A stretch of DNA of 63,543 nucleotides, counting the filler. It is 8 parts of 8 records of this genome, joined end to end, with 100 filler letters (N's around TTAATTAATTAA, not from the genome) between each part and the next. Parts side by side here need not be neighbours in the genome. Positions count along the whole stretch, not along the records: positions 47,546 to 58,070 come from SRR20825010_3521; positions 58,171 to 63,543 come from SRR20825010_3523; 6 more parts are not named here. One strand, given 5' to 3'. Below are positions 47,709 through 58,566 of the stretch, piece after piece (position 1 is the first letter of the stretch; each line of letters starts with the position of its first letter). Under the pieces are notes generated by a model, which was not told where the DNA came from, did no database searches, and saw nothing but the letters and a program-made list of their open reading frames with translations. A program made the translations under genes and the position numbers.

Positions 47709-48305
47709 TTAAAGCTTTTTCAAAACAATGTTTCGCCAGTAAACCTTAATTCCTCCGCCATCATGGATCTGAAGGTTAATTCCACCTTTTCCTTCTCCAA
47801 TTTTAGCGTCAGAGAAGTTCACCATCTCCACTCCATTCAAGTAAGAAGTAACATTATCACCTTTGACAACAATCTTCATTTTATTCCATTCACCGAACTT
47901 CAAGTTCTTGTCTTTCTCTGGATCTGGCTTTACCAACCAGCCTCTACCATATGATTCGTAGATCCCACCAGTGTCATGACCAGGAGGCGCAACCTCTACT
48001 TGCCAACCCGAAACTTTTGTTCCTTCTACAGTAGATCTGATAAATACACCAGAATTTCCATTTGCCTCTTGTTTAAATTCGAGATTAATTTCAAAATCAT
48101 CGTACTCCTCATCAGTCCCTAAATAACCGTATCCTTTATCCGGACCACTTTCAGAAATCAACAATCCATCTTCTACATACCATTTTTCAGTTCCATAAAC
48201 AGTCCAACCTGAAAGGTCCTTACCATTAAAGAGTTTTACTTTCTTCTGCGCATACGCAAAATTCACAGATGCTACCAACAACATCACCACTAATACCTTT
48301 TTCAT
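47709..48305 (-). CDS. DUF1080 3-keto-glycoside hydrolase family protein
   Basis: LFNGKDLSGW, GNSGVF, GEWN, LQIHD, WRNI. Confidence 0.9.
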   Translation of the reverse strand: MKKVLVVMLLVASVNFAYAQKKVKLFNGKDLSGWTVYGTEKWYVEDGLLISESGPDKGYGYLGTDEEYDDFEINLEFKQEANGNSGVFIRSTVEGTKVSGWQVEVAPPGHDTGGIYESYGRGWLVKPDPEKDKNLKFGEWNKMKIVVKGDNVTSYLNGVEMVNFSDAKIGEGKGGINLQIHDGGGIKVYWRNIVLKKL

Positions 48306-48333
48306 ACGTTTATAATTTGTCTTTCAAATGTAA

Positions 48334-48351
48334 TCCCGATAGCTATCGGGA
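48334..48351. repeat. Bacteroidota short palindromic repeat
   Basis: Perfect 18-nt palindrome TCCCGATAGCTATCGGGA. Confidence 0.7.
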
Positions 48352-48427
48352 GGAATCTCGCTTGATTGTAATCAAACTTCTGCATGAAGCTTGGAGTCAT
48401 GCCTGTCTGCCTCAGGCAAGCTCGATT

Positions 48428-49192
48428 TTATAGTTTTCTAATTTTAATGTTTTTGAACCAAGTCTCTGCACCATGGTCTTGAAGTGAAATCAAACCAGTT
48501 TTTGAAATTGCATAATCAGGAAAGTCATTCCACTTACCTGAATTACGCGCAGCTGTCCATGCTTCAGAGTAAGGGACAAACTCAACAGTCTGCTGTCCAT
48601 TCAAATAATAGCTAGATCCTTCTTCTGAGAAAATGATTTTAGAAGTATTCCACTCCCCTGCTGGCTTCACAACTCCTTCGTAGTTCGGCTCAGTCATCGC
48701 ATAATCCGCGCCAATTGACTGCCACTTCTCCAATGGATCAGCAAAACCCAATTGATCAATCATCTGATATTCTGGTCCTGTTTCATACGGAGCATCGTAT
48801 TTTGGATCTTCTACTACATGATAAAGCACCCCGCTATTTCCCCCGGGAGCTATTTTCCATGTCCACTCCATCTCAAACTGCTCAAATTCAACCGGACCAA
48901 AAACGATATCTCCTCCGATATCACCGCCTTTGCCCAATGCTTTCAAAGCTCCGTCTTCTACTGTCCAGCCATCTGACGGGAAACTATCCCCGTTAAAGGA
49001 TCTCCAGCCATCTGTATTGGTTCCGTCGAAAAGAAGCATCCAGCCATTAGCCTTTTCTTCCTCCGATAGTGAATTCTCTGCTACCAGAACTTCCTCTACA
49101 ATCGTCTCCGTCACTGAGTCATCTGCTGGCTTTGGCCCACATGACCAAACCAAGGCGATTAATGCTACCCATGCATATTTTGTATTTTTCAT
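48428..49192 (-). CDS. DUF1080 3-keto-glycoside hydrolase family lipoprotein
   Basis: Lipobox VWSC, LLFDG, GNSGVLY, GPEYQ, GEWN, LQDHG, FKNIKI. Confidence 0.9.
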   Translation of the reverse strand: MKNTKYAWVALIALVWSCGPKPADDSVTETIVEEVLVAENSLSEEEKANGWMLLFDGTNTDGWRSFNGDSFPSDGWTVEDGALKALGKGGDIGGDIVFGPVEFEQFEMEWTWKIAPGGNSGVLYHVVEDPKYDAPYETGPEYQMIDQLGFADPLEKWQSIGADYAMTEPNYEGVVKPAGEWNTSKIIFSEEGSSYYLNGQQTVEFVPYSEAWTAARNSGKWNDFPDYAISKTGLISLQDHGAETWFKNIKIRKL

Positions 49193-49408
49193 ATGTTTTT
49201 AATTGTTTTCTAAAGGACATATGGAATCTCGCTTAGATAGTAATCACTTCAATGTGATGCTTGAATCTTGCTCGATCTCATATTATTATAAGTTTCAAAT
49301 TAATTGGACTCAAAAGTTAATTGATTTTTTTAATAAAGTCTCTCGTGTAAATAAATTTTTTCACGAGCGGTAATAACGAAATTCAGCTACACTATATATA
49401 TATAGTGT

Positions 49409-50209
49409 TTATAAATTTTCGCAATATCCTTTTGCCCTTAGCAACCTACTTCCATACCATGAGAAGATCTCGCCATCTACTAATCGGATTTTAGTTTTCG
49501 GCAAATGCAATTGGAAAGACTGTATGTGCGACTCTTTAAATGGGAAAGGCTCTGAACTCAGTAAAAGGTGATCAGGATTAAGATTAATTAGGTCTTCATT
49601 TGTGAGCTGTGGGTAGCGTGAGGTTTGAATCAAATTATCAAAACCAGCAAAATCCAGCATCTCATTAATAAAGGTGTCTGCTCCAGCCACCATAATTGGA
49701 TCTTTCCAAATCAAATAAATGGCAGTTCCCTTTTTGGATAACGGCAGAGCAAAGTCTGAATTCAACTGCTTGATCATGTCTTCAGCCCTCTCTTCCACTC
49801 CTAGCATTTCTCCAAAACTCCCAATCATATCCAAACTATCCTTAAGCGTATAGATATCACTCATCCAAACAGGAAACTTTCCCATCAGCTCCTCAATCCC
49901 TTCCTGCTCATTCTCCTCCTTGTTACCAATAATCAAATCCGGCTTCAAAGATTCGATAACCTCCATTCTGTAATTCTTGGTGCCTCCGACTAGGGTTTTA
50001 CGCTTTTTCAAGCCTTTGGGATGAACACAAAATTTGGTCACTCCTATGATTCTTTCCTCCAAACCTAAATCAACCAATAGCTCAGTCTGCGAAGGAACAA
50101 GTGAAATGATCCGCTGAGGAGGATTCTCAATGAAAATGCTTCGATTAAGTTGATCTAAATATTCCATTTCAAAAGAACGCCCCACAGTCATCATGCCTGT
50201 GGGTCTCAT
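49409..50209 (-). CDS. helical-backbone metal/cobalamin ABC substrate-binding protein (BtuF-like)
   Basis: PQRIISLVPSQTE, GVTKFC, GGTK, NKEEN, SSEPFPF, VDGE.FSWYG. Confidence 0.85.
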   Translation of the reverse strand: MRPTGMMTVGRSFEMEYLDQLNRSIFIENPPQRIISLVPSQTELLVDLGLEERIIGVTKFCVHPKGLKKRKTLVGGTKNYRMEVIESLKPDLIIGNKEENEQEGIEELMGKFPVWMSDIYTLKDSLDMIGSFGEMLGVEERAEDMIKQLNSDFALPLSKKGTAIYLIWKDPIMVAGADTFINEMLDFAGFDNLIQTSRYPQLTNEDLINLNPDHLLLSSEPFPFKESHIQSFQLHLPKTKIRLVDGEIFSWYGSRLLRAKGYCENL

Positions 50210-50210
50210 A

Positions 50211-51275
50211 CTATTTTATGTATCTAAAATCGAAAGTCGGATCAAAATCTATCAAAAACTCATACATCAAATTGATCACCTGCTCGATGTCCTCCTTACT
50301 CGCAGTCTCTACAGTGGTGTGCATGTATTTCAAAGGAAGTGAAATCAAAGCCGACGGCACTCCCTCATTAGAATATGCAAAAGCGTCCGTATCTGTTCCT
50401 GTCCCTCTAGATGCAGCGGCTCTTTGGAAAGGAATCTCATTCTTTCTCGCTGTTGCTATAATCAAATCCAACAACTTTTTGTGAACCGAAGCTCCTACTG
50501 GTAAAACAGGCCCTTTGCCTGCGGATAAATCTCCACTTACCACCTTATTATATAGAGGTGCAGTGGTATCGTGACAAACGTCTGTGATAATTGCTGCATT
50601 CGGCTTAATGTTCGCAGCGATCATCTGAGCTCCACGAAGACCTATTTCCTCTTGCACTGCATTTACTATATAGAGTCCAAATGGTAATTTCTTCCCTGAC
50701 TCTTTGATTCGCTTGGCTACCTGAGCAATCATGTAACCCCCAATTCTATTGTCGAGTGCTCTTCCAGAATAGAATTTCCCGTTCAATTCGGTTAACTCAT
50801 CCTTGAAGGTGATCACGCAGCCCACGTGAATACCCATTTCCTCCACTTCATCCTTGGTTCTAGCTCCCACATCGATGAAAATATTATCTAATGTAGGGGC
50901 ATCTTCTTTTCCCTCTTTTCTCACATGGATAGCTGGCCAGCCAAAAACCCCTGGAAGTATTCCTTTATCAGTATGGATATTCACGCGCATAGATGGAGCG
51001 ATCATATGATCCGAACCTCCATTGCGACGCACATATATATAGCCATCGTCTTTAATGTAATTCACAAACCAACTTATCTCATCAGCATGTGCTTCGATGA
51101 CGAACTTGTAATCTGCTTTAGGATTGATGACTGCAACAGCCGTTCCGTAGTTATCAGTAAAATACTCATCCACAAACGGCTTGACATAATCCAGCCAAAT
51201 CTGCTGTCCTGATGCTTCGAAGCCTGTTGGGGAGGCGTTGTTTAGGTATTTATATAAAAAGGTATTCGAATCCAT
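50211..51275 (-). CDS. M42 family aminopeptidase
   Basis: AHADEI, ALDNR, QEEIGLRGA, YMHT. Confidence 0.92.
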   Translation of the reverse strand: MDSNTFLYKYLNNASPTGFEASGQQIWLDYVKPFVDEYFTDNYGTAVAVINPKADYKFVIEAHADEISWFVNYIKDDGYIYVRRNGGSDHMIAPSMRVNIHTDKGILPGVFGWPAIHVRKEGKEDAPTLDNIFIDVGARTKDEVEEMGIHVGCVITFKDELTELNGKFYSGRALDNRIGGYMIAQVAKRIKESGKKLPFGLYIVNAVQEEIGLRGAQMIAANIKPNAAIITDVCHDTTAPLYNKVVSGDLSAGKGPVLPVGASVHKKLLDLIIATARKNEIPFQRAAASRGTGTDTDAFAYSNEGVPSALISLPLKYMHTTVETASKEDIEQVINLMYEFLIDFDPTFDFRYIK

Positions 51276-51317
51276 TGAGAATTGTATTTGAAAATTGAAA
51301 ATTGATAATTGAATATA

Positions 51318-52925
51318 TTACAAAGGTATATTCCCATGCTTCTTCCTAGGAATCTTATCCACCTTGTTTTCTAGCATTTTAAATGCTTTGATCAGTTTGA
51401 CTCGCGTTTCGGATGGCATAATGACTTCATCGATAAAGCCTCGGTGCGCTGCCCGATATGGATTAGCAAACTTAGAAGTGTACTCATCTACTTTTTCCTG
51501 AAGTTTAGCTTCTGGATCTTCTGCTTCAGCAATTTCTTTCTTGAAAATAATCTCCGAAGCTCCCTTTGCTCCCATTACGGCAATTTCAGCTGTCGGCCAA
51601 GCAAAATTCAAATCGGCTCCGATATGCTTGGAATTCATCACATCATATGCTCCGCCGTAAGCTTTCCTTGTAATAACCGTGATTCTCGGTACAGTCGCTT
51701 CTGAGAAAGCATATAGTAATTTGGCTCCATTCGTAATAATACCATTCCATTCTTGGTCTGTTCCAGGCAAAAAGCCGGGTACGTCCACCAAAACTAGGAG
51801 CGGAACATTGAAGCTGTCGCAAGTACGAACAAATCTCGCCGCCTTGACAGATGCATCATTATCCAAAACACCAGCCATAGACTGGGGTTGATTTCCGACT
51901 ACACCTATACTTCTACCAGCTATTCTTGCGAAACCCACTACGATATTATCAGCGAAGTTTTCATGAACTTCCAAAAACGAATCCTCATCCACAATACCCT
52001 TTACCGCATCACGTATATCATAAGGCTGATTTGGATTCTCAGGAATCAAACTGTCCAATTCCTTTCTGCTTTCATCCTCCAGCATTTCATAAGGATAAAC
52101 AGGAGCAATTTCCTCGCAGTTTTGAGGCATATAGCTCAAGATCTTCTTCACATGCTGAATGCATTCCAATTCATTTGCACATGCGAAATGCGTGACACCA
52201 CTTTTAGTACTATGGGCTGAAGCTCCTCCAAGTTCCTCGGCCGTGACATTTTCTTGCGTTACTGTCTTCACCACATTTGGTCCAGTCACAAACATATAGG
52301 AGGTATTTTCCACCATTAATATGAAGTCAGTGATCGCAGGGGAATAAACCGCACCACCAGCACATGGCCCCATGATCGCGGAAATCTGTGGCACCACGCC
52401 TGAAGCAAGGGTATTTCTATAAAATATATCGGCATATCCGCCCAAAGAATTCACTCCTTCTTGTATTCTCGCTCCACCAGAATCGTTCAATCCAATCACT
52501 GGAGCGCCATTTTTCATGGCCATGTCCATGATTTTGCAGATTTTTTCAGCATGAGTTTCGGAAAGTGACCCTCCGAAAACAGTAAAGTCCTGCGAAAAAA
52601 TGTAAACCAATCGCCCATTCACCTCTCCATATCCAGTAATCACTCCATCACCTAGGTAATGCTCCTTGTCTAGACCAAAATCCTTTGCGCGATGCATCAC
52701 GAATTTGTCGATCTCCTGAAAGGTTCCCTCATCCATCAGCAATTCGACCCGCTCACGGGCGGTGAGTTTCCCTTTCTTATGCTGAGAGGCAATTCTCTTT
52801 TCCCCTCCACCAAGTAGCGCTTCTGCATTTTTCACTTTCAGTAAATCGATTTTACCCTCTTTTCCGGGCAACGTATAATTGGGTTTATCCTGCTTACTCA
52901 TATAATAGTTTTTAGACTTGCTCAA
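51318..52925 (-). CDS. pccB: acyl-CoA (propionyl-CoA) carboxylase carboxyltransferase beta subunit
   Basis: [42 protein letters not shown]. Confidence 0.9.
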   Translation of the reverse strand: MSKSKNYYMSKQDKPNYTLPGKEGKIDLLKVKNAEALLGGGEKRIASQHKKGKLTARERVELLMDEGTFQEIDKFVMHRAKDFGLDKEHYLGDGVITGYGEVNGRLVYIFSQDFTVFGGSLSETHAEKICKIMDMAMKNGAPVIGLNDSGGARIQEGVNSLGGYADIFYRNTLASGVVPQISAIMGPCAGGAVYSPAITDFILMVENTSYMFVTGPNVVKTVTQENVTAEELGGASAHSTKSGVTHFACANELECIQHVKKILSYMPQNCEEIAPVYPYEMLEDESRKELDSLIPENPNQPYDIRDAVKGIVDEDSFLEVHENFADNIVVGFARIAGRSIGVVGNQPQSMAGVLDNDASVKAARFVRTCDSFNVPLLVLVDVPGFLPGTDQEWNGIITNGAKLLYAFSEATVPRITVITRKAYGGAYDVMNSKHIGADLNFAWPTAEIAVMGAKGASEIIFKKEIAEAEDPEAKLQEKVDEYTSKFANPYRAAHRGFIDEVIMPSETRVKLIKAFKMLENKVDKIPRKKHGNIPL

Positions 52926-53330
52926 ATATAACAGGCTTTGTCAGCTATGGAAAAGAATGAGAAGGAATGAACTTAAGGGAGATGTCCAATTTGTGGATTT
53001 TGTAAAAAGTAAGTAGGAAAAGGTATTAACAAAAATCCATTTGCAAAGGGCCTAGCGTAAGTAGCAATGAGATTCTCTTATAAATCTCGTATTTAGATAT
53101 CTTGTAGTCAGGCAAAAGCAGGAATAAAAGAGCGAAAGTTTTTCAAAAAAACTCTACTGTGTTTTCAGCAACGCTACTGTAGAAGCTGAAAGATAACTCT
53201 GTGTACCCCCAAACCTCTGTGCACTCTATGGCGATAAGACTTTATTTAAAACTGGGCAATAAAATATTAAGTAGAAAGTCCTCATTTCAAATAACTTTCT
53301 ATATTCGCCCATCGAAAAAATTGGCAGCAT

Positions 53331-54275
53331 ATGAATACCCGAAAGGCGGCGGTGATAGACATGGGGACCAATACATTTCATTTGTTATTGGTAGAATTAG
53401 ACGGTGTAAGTTTTAAAACAATTTACAAGGAGAAAATCCCTGTCAAATTGGGTAAAGGCGGTATCAACCAAAATACCCTAGCAGAAGATGCTATAAAACG
53501 AGCATTTCATACGCTCACACATTTCAAAAACCTGATCGATGGCGAGCACATAGATCAGGTTTTTGCTTTTGCGACCAGCGCAGTGCGAAATGCCGAAAAT
53601 GGCCCTGACTTCGTCAGAAAAGTCAAAGAAACCATTGGAATCAACATACAAGTACTTTCTGGATCAGAGGAAGCACAAATGATTTATGAGGGAATTCGAC
53701 TTTCTGGCTCACTAAACGGTCAAACAGACCTAATGATGGACATCGGTGGTGGTTCGGTGGAATTCATCATTGGCAATAACCAAGAGTCACTTTGGAAACA
53801 AAGTTTTGAAATCGGTGGCCAACGACTACTGGAGCTTTTTCACTACCACGACCCTATTCTCCCAGAAGAGATAGATAAACTGGAAAGCTATTTGGAGGAA
53901 AAGCTTCAGCCTCTTATCCAAGCTATTCAAACCTACAAACCAACTGGTCTAGTTGGAGCTTCAGGGACTTTTGATACGCTGACGGACATTTATTTCGAAT
54001 CCATGCTGCAGTGCAAACTTACCGGACGCCATGTATTCGAACTTCCAGTAGAAGAATATGAAGCGATTCATCGCATGATTTTGAGCAAAAACAAAGAAGA
54101 ACGTCTGCTGATTCCCGGCATGATCCCCATGCGAGTGGACATGATTGTGGTCGCATCAAGTTTGATTGAGTTCATTTTGCGCTACATAGATATTGATTTC
54201 ATCACTTGTTCTCACTATGCTTTAAAAGAAGGTGCGATCGCTTCCTTGCTTATTCCAGAGCAAACTGCCCATTGA
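53331..54275 (+). CDS. ppx: Ppx/GppA exopolyphosphatase
   Basis: IDMGTNT, ATSAVRNAEN, DIGGGSVE, ALKEG. Confidence 0.9.
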   Translation: MNTRKAAVIDMGTNTFHLLLVELDGVSFKTIYKEKIPVKLGKGGINQNTLAEDAIKRAFHTLTHFKNLIDGEHIDQVFAFATSAVRNAENGPDFVRKVKETIGINIQVLSGSEEAQMIYEGIRLSGSLNGQTDLMMDIGGGSVEFIIGNNQESLWKQSFEIGGQRLLELFHYHDPILPEEIDKLESYLEEKLQPLIQAIQTYKPTGLVGASGTFDTLTDIYFESMLQCKLTGRHVFELPVEEYEAIHRMILSKNKEERLLIPGMIPMRVDMIVVASSLIEFILRYIDIDFITCSHYALKEGAIASLLIPEQTAH

Positions 54276-54345
54276 TCCATTCGAAAAAAATATCCTTTCT
54301 TATATTTGGTTGATTGTTTTTTCACCAGTTTAACCCCCTATTCCT

Positions 54346-55416
54346 ATGACCTATTCCTACGAACAACTCCATACGTTTACTTTGGGCATGCTTGCCAAAA
54401 TAGGCTGTCCAGAAGATCAGGCTAAAACGGCTGCGGATGTTTTGCTATCTGCAGATCTACGCGGAGTGGACAGTCATGGGGTCGCTCGACTTTCTGGTTA
54501 TGTGCGTTTATGGGAAAAAGGAAGAATCAATGCTACGCCAAATGTGCGAGTAGTTCACGAAACTCCCTCCACTGCGGTAGTAGATGGAGATGGAGGTTTA
54601 GGCTTAGTCGTAGCTCCTTATGCGATGAAAGTTGCAATCGAAAAAGCCAAGATCGCTGGAACAGGTTGGGTTTCTGTAAAAAACTCAAATCACTACGGCA
54701 TCGCTGGCTACCATGCCATGCAAGCGTTGGATCATGATATGATCGGGATTTCTTTGACGAATGCCAGTCCGCTGGTAGCTCCGACTTTTTCTCAGGAGAG
54801 ACTTCTGGGAACCAATCCTATTGCAGTTGCAATTCCTGCCAAAGACCAGCCGCCATTCGTCGCTGATATGGCCACGACAACAGCAGCCAATGGAAAACTG
54901 GAAATTCTTCAACGCAAAGGAATGGACACACCAACTGGCTGGGTGCAGGATAAAGATGGAAATCAGACGACTTCTGCAAATGGAGTGAAAGATGGAGGAG
55001 CTTTACTTCCATTGGGTGGTGATCGTGAACATGGTTCGCACAAAGGTTATGCACTGGGTTCCATTGTAGATATTTTCTCGGCAGTTCTTTCCGGCGCCAA
55101 TTATGGCCCTTGGGTTCCGCCATTTGTGGCTTTCTTGGAGCCAGATCCTAATCCAGTTGGAGAAGGGATTGGTCACTTTTTCGGTGCAATGCGCGTAGAT
55201 GCCTTCCGTCCAGCTGATGAATTCAAAGCTCACATGGATAATTGGATAACTCGATTCCGTGCCGCCAAGCCAACTCCTGGAAATGAAAAAGTCTTGATCC
55301 CAGGTGATCCAGAGCGTGAATTGGAAGCTATTCGTATGAAAGATGGAATTCCATTGCTAGATCCGGTGGTAAAGGATTTGACGGAATTGGGAGAACGATT
55401 TGGGGTGAAGTTTTAA
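54346..55416 (+). CDS. Ldh_2 family (malate/L-lactate-type) oxidoreductase
   Basis: ADLRGVDSHG, NSNHYG, GTNPIA, HKGY, LIPGDPE. Confidence 0.9.
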   Translation: MTYSYEQLHTFTLGMLAKIGCPEDQAKTAADVLLSADLRGVDSHGVARLSGYVRLWEKGRINATPNVRVVHETPSTAVVDGDGGLGLVVAPYAMKVAIEKAKIAGTGWVSVKNSNHYGIAGYHAMQALDHDMIGISLTNASPLVAPTFSQERLLGTNPIAVAIPAKDQPPFVADMATTTAANGKLEILQRKGMDTPTGWVQDKDGNQTTSANGVKDGGALLPLGGDREHGSHKGYALGSIVDIFSAVLSGANYGPWVPPFVAFLEPDPNPVGEGIGHFFGAMRVDAFRPADEFKAHMDNWITRFRAAKPTPGNEKVLIPGDPERELEAIRMKDGIPLLDPVVKDLTELGERFGVKF

Positions 55417-55471
55417 AAGTTGTGGGAGAAGATGATCGATCCGCATAAATGCTATTTATCTAAATTAGCTT

Positions 55472-55780
55472 CTAGTAGAAATCTTCCTCAGAAAAAATAC
55501 TTTGAGGTTCTTGTCGGTTGTCAATTATGGTAATGATTTCAATTGAGTTCAAATTCACCCTATAAAAAAACGAGGCCTCCTTTGATACAACACATTTTCT
55601 GACTCCACGAATCTCCGGAATTTCGGGACAGCTTTCCGAGTGTTGACTTATTCTTTCAAAAGACCTTAATAGCTTATCTAAAAACTTATCCCGTACTCGA
55701 ACAGACCATTTTTCTAATAGATAATCAAGAAGCTCCTCCACCCTTCTTTCAGCAACAAGAGAAAGGTAAACCTCTTTCAC
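55472..55780 (-). CDS. RelE/ParE-family toxin
   Basis: About 100 aa; YL.EKWS...F..KL, RKCVV, FYRV, DNRQ.P; directly follows a small acidic gene. Confidence 0.8.
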   Translation of the reverse strand: MKEVYLSLVAERRVEELLDYLLEKWSVRVRDKFLDKLLRSFERISQHSESCPEIPEIRGVRKCVVSKEASFFYRVNLNSIEIITIIDNRQEPQSIFSEEDFY

Positions 55781-55993
55781 TTAAGAGACTTTCTTTAAGA
55801 AATCGGTCAAAGAGACCTTCTTTCCTTCCTCTAATTGCTTTATACCTAGAAGAATTTCCTTTCGCTGCAATTCCGTTAAAGCTTCTTTATTTTCGATATG
55901 CTCAAATAAATCTGAAAGTGCGGACAGCAATTCATCGTCATCCACTGTAAGTATTTTTTGCACCAATCTGAGTTTTTCAGCTGCTAGTCTCAT
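55781..55993 (-). CDS. putative antitoxin (addiction module protein)
   Basis: 70 aa, KL.L...IL...D, LT..QR.EI..G..QLEEG; abuts the toxin gene. Confidence 0.75.
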   Translation of the reverse strand: MRLAAEKLRLVQKILTVDDDELLSALSDLFEHIENKEALTELQRKEILLGIKQLEEGKKVSLTDFLKKVS

Positions 55994-56147
55994 TTTTAGT
56001 TCTTTTTGATGAATTTAATCTTTTTACTAGATTTTAGGAAATTACGGCGAAATGACTGAGCTAACTCACTGAGTGAAAATTCCAAAAGTTTACAAAGGAA
56101 TATCCCTCCTCTTTTCTCTGAAACTTAAAACTATCCTTTAGGTTTAC

Positions 56148-56609
56148 TCATTCCTTCAAATCCCCCCTATTCCCCTCCAGTAACTTTACCTGCTTTTCCA
56201 TAAGTTCAGTCATCCGGCTTAGCAACTCAATATTTTTTGGTGTTGTCTCTCGCTGATCTGCTGGATCCTCTGCTCTTTTTCTAATGGTGTTCATCAATTT
56301 AACGATGAGAAACACAGTAAATCCGATGATTAGAAAATCAACACTCGCTTCCATCAATTTTCCATAGCCAATTGCAATTTCTTCTGGCTTGGTAATTCCC
56401 TCCTCTACGACCGCATGCCTCAGAATTATTCGCTTATTCTCCAGATTGATCCCATCGGTAAGAAATGAAAGCGGAGGAAGAAAGATCTCTTTCACCAACA
56501 CATCTACTACTTTATTAAAAGCAGAGCCGATGATCACTCCGATCGCAATGTCAATCATATTGCCTTTGACGGCAAACTCCTTAAATTCTTCAATTAATTT
56601 GAATTTCAT
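56148..56609 (-). CDS. mscL: large-conductance mechanosensitive channel
   Basis: EFKEFAVKGNMIDIAIGVIIG.AF. Confidence 0.95.
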   Translation of the reverse strand: MKFKLIEEFKEFAVKGNMIDIAIGVIIGSAFNKVVDVLVKEIFLPPLSFLTDGINLENKRIILRHAVVEEGITKPEEIAIGYGKLMEASVDFLIIGFTVFLIVKLMNTIRKRAEDPADQRETTPKNIELLSRMTELMEKQVKLLEGNRGDLKE

Positions 56610-56803
56610 AATTACAGATAATTAGTGTGAGCAGAATCCAGCATGAGTGGAATCTCTGATCCAAAAGCTATTCCTAGAAGTCGAAATTAGAATTTCGGCT
56701 TTTTTTTTGAACCAATTGCTACAGCAACTCCTCATTCGAATAGTAAGTACCGTTAATTAAAGCAACTATAAATCAATCATTTAACTACTTAACCCAGGTA
56801 TTG

Positions 56804-57053
56804 ATAACAAAATCCCATGGTCAAAGCATCAAAAATGACAAGAAATATGAGGCCCTTCGGAGTGAAGGAATGAGCCAAGAGAAAGCTGCTAGAATCGCAA
56901 ATGACCCCAACTCGGGCAAAAAAGGTGGCAAAGCCAAAGCGTATGAGAATCGAACGAATGAGGAATTATACGACAAAAGCAAAAAAAGTTGGCGTCAACG
57001 GAAGAAGCAATTATGACAAAGCAAGATTTATTCATGCTTTGAGAAATCAATAA
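56804..57053 (+). pseudogene. frameshifted Rho_N-domain small protein
   Basis: Removing one A at 56975-56978 restores ...EELYDKAKKVGVNGRSNYDKARFIHALRNQ*; the likely start position reads ATA. Confidence 0.7.
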
Positions 57054-57141
57054 TTGGTTAATGTTTATCAGATCGCAAATTCCTTGAACCTCCGAGGAAT
57101 TTTAAGACCAAAACCATCGCGAGACCTAAAACACATATAAC

Positions 57142-58070
57142 ATGAAAGCAAAGGAAATTTTACTCAGTTTGGCATTACTTATCCTAGGAACTTACTTCCT
57201 AATCAAAGGACTTGTGATCTCCACCTCATTTCTGGTTCCCATTGCCTTTGCATCCCTTCTCACCTTGATTTGTATACCTCTTTCGCGGAAGATGGAAATA
57301 ATAGGTATATCCAGAGGACTCGCTTCCTTCCTTTGCGTAGTCGTAAGCTTTGTTTCCTTCTTAGCTTTTTTCTGGGTCATATCCGCTCAGATTAGCAATA
57401 TCTCGGAAAGATGGCCTGAGGCAAAAAAAACACTTAAGCCTAAACTCGAATCTGCACAACAATTTATCCGAGAAAAAACGGGCATAAGTACTCAGGAACA
57501 AATGAAGTTGATCTATGGAGCTACAGAAGAAAATCCTGAGTCGTCGACTTCTGAGGAACCTCAAGCAGATAAGCTACCTGATAATTCTGAAGCAGATTCC
57601 TCCGAATTACTAACTCAAGGCGCTAAAAAGAAGATTGGCATTATCGTCATGGATTTCTTTGGATTTTTGGGAAGTGCAATGCTCACCTTTATATATCTCT
57701 TCTTTTTCCTTTTTTACCGTAGAAAGGTAAAGCTATCTATCCTTAAGTTTTTCGATCCTGAGAAAAGAAGTCAAGCACAGGAAGTAATGGGACAATCCAT
57801 TCAACTTTCAGTAAACTTTTTAGTAGGAAGGCTTACGCTTATCCTTTTTCTGGCAATAATTTACAGCGCTGGCTTAATGATAGCAGGCGTGGACAACGCG
57901 ATTTTAATCAGTTTGATTGCCGCTGTGCTCTCATTGATCCCATATCTAGGGGTGATAATCGGTTACATTTTAGCTATTTCCATGACAGCATTTAGTGGCG
58001 CAGAAACTTGGTCGCTTATGATCGTCACATTTACTTATGGACTAGCTCAATTCATAGAATCATACATACT
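57142..58070 (+). CDS. AI-2E family transporter (3' truncated)
   Basis: FLVPIAFA, LSLIPYLG, QFIESY; polytopic membrane protein. Confidence 0.85.
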
Positions 58071-58170
58071 NNNNNNNNNNNNNNNNNNNNNNNNNNNNNN
58101 NNNNNNNNNNNNNNTTAATTAATTAANNNNNNNNNNNNNNNNNNNNNNNNNNNNNNNNNNNNNNNNNNNN
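58071..58170. other. artificial contig spacer
   Basis: N44-TTAATTAATTAA-N44. Confidence 0.98.
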
Positions 58171-58520
58171 AGCATCGGCGGGAGGCAGTCATTCGCTGCG
58201 ACTGAAAACTACTTTGGGCAACTCGAAGAAAGTGGACGTACGGGATTGCACCGCCGGAGCGTCGTGCGTAACGAGGCGCTTCGCGTGTTGAAATACCTTG
58301 GCCGCGCCATCTGGCGAAGCTGGAGCGGATTCCACCGTCAAAGCCGCGTCGAAGCGAAGCGAAGATGTACTGTATGAGACTGCCGGGTCAATTCCATCAT
58401 CGAATTGACGGAGAAAATTAGCCACTTCCATTGTTTCACGATCACCCGTCAAAAACCTGGCAATACCGTCAGGAAATCTGAACGGGTCACGTGACAGTAC
58501 CGAACATAGAGCTTGTTTTG

Positions 58521-58550
58521 GACAGATCGCAATTAGCTTTGCGACCTGTC
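58521..58550 (-). terminator. stem-loop downstream of the ABC operon
   Basis: GACAGATCGCAA...TTGCGACCTGTC. Confidence 0.55.
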
Positions 58551-58566
58551 GTTTTATAGGGGAACT

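Noticed and set aside
58189..58452. 87-aa ORF downstream of the ABC operon
   Set aside because: No recognisable family or RBS; lies past a stem-loop near the contig end
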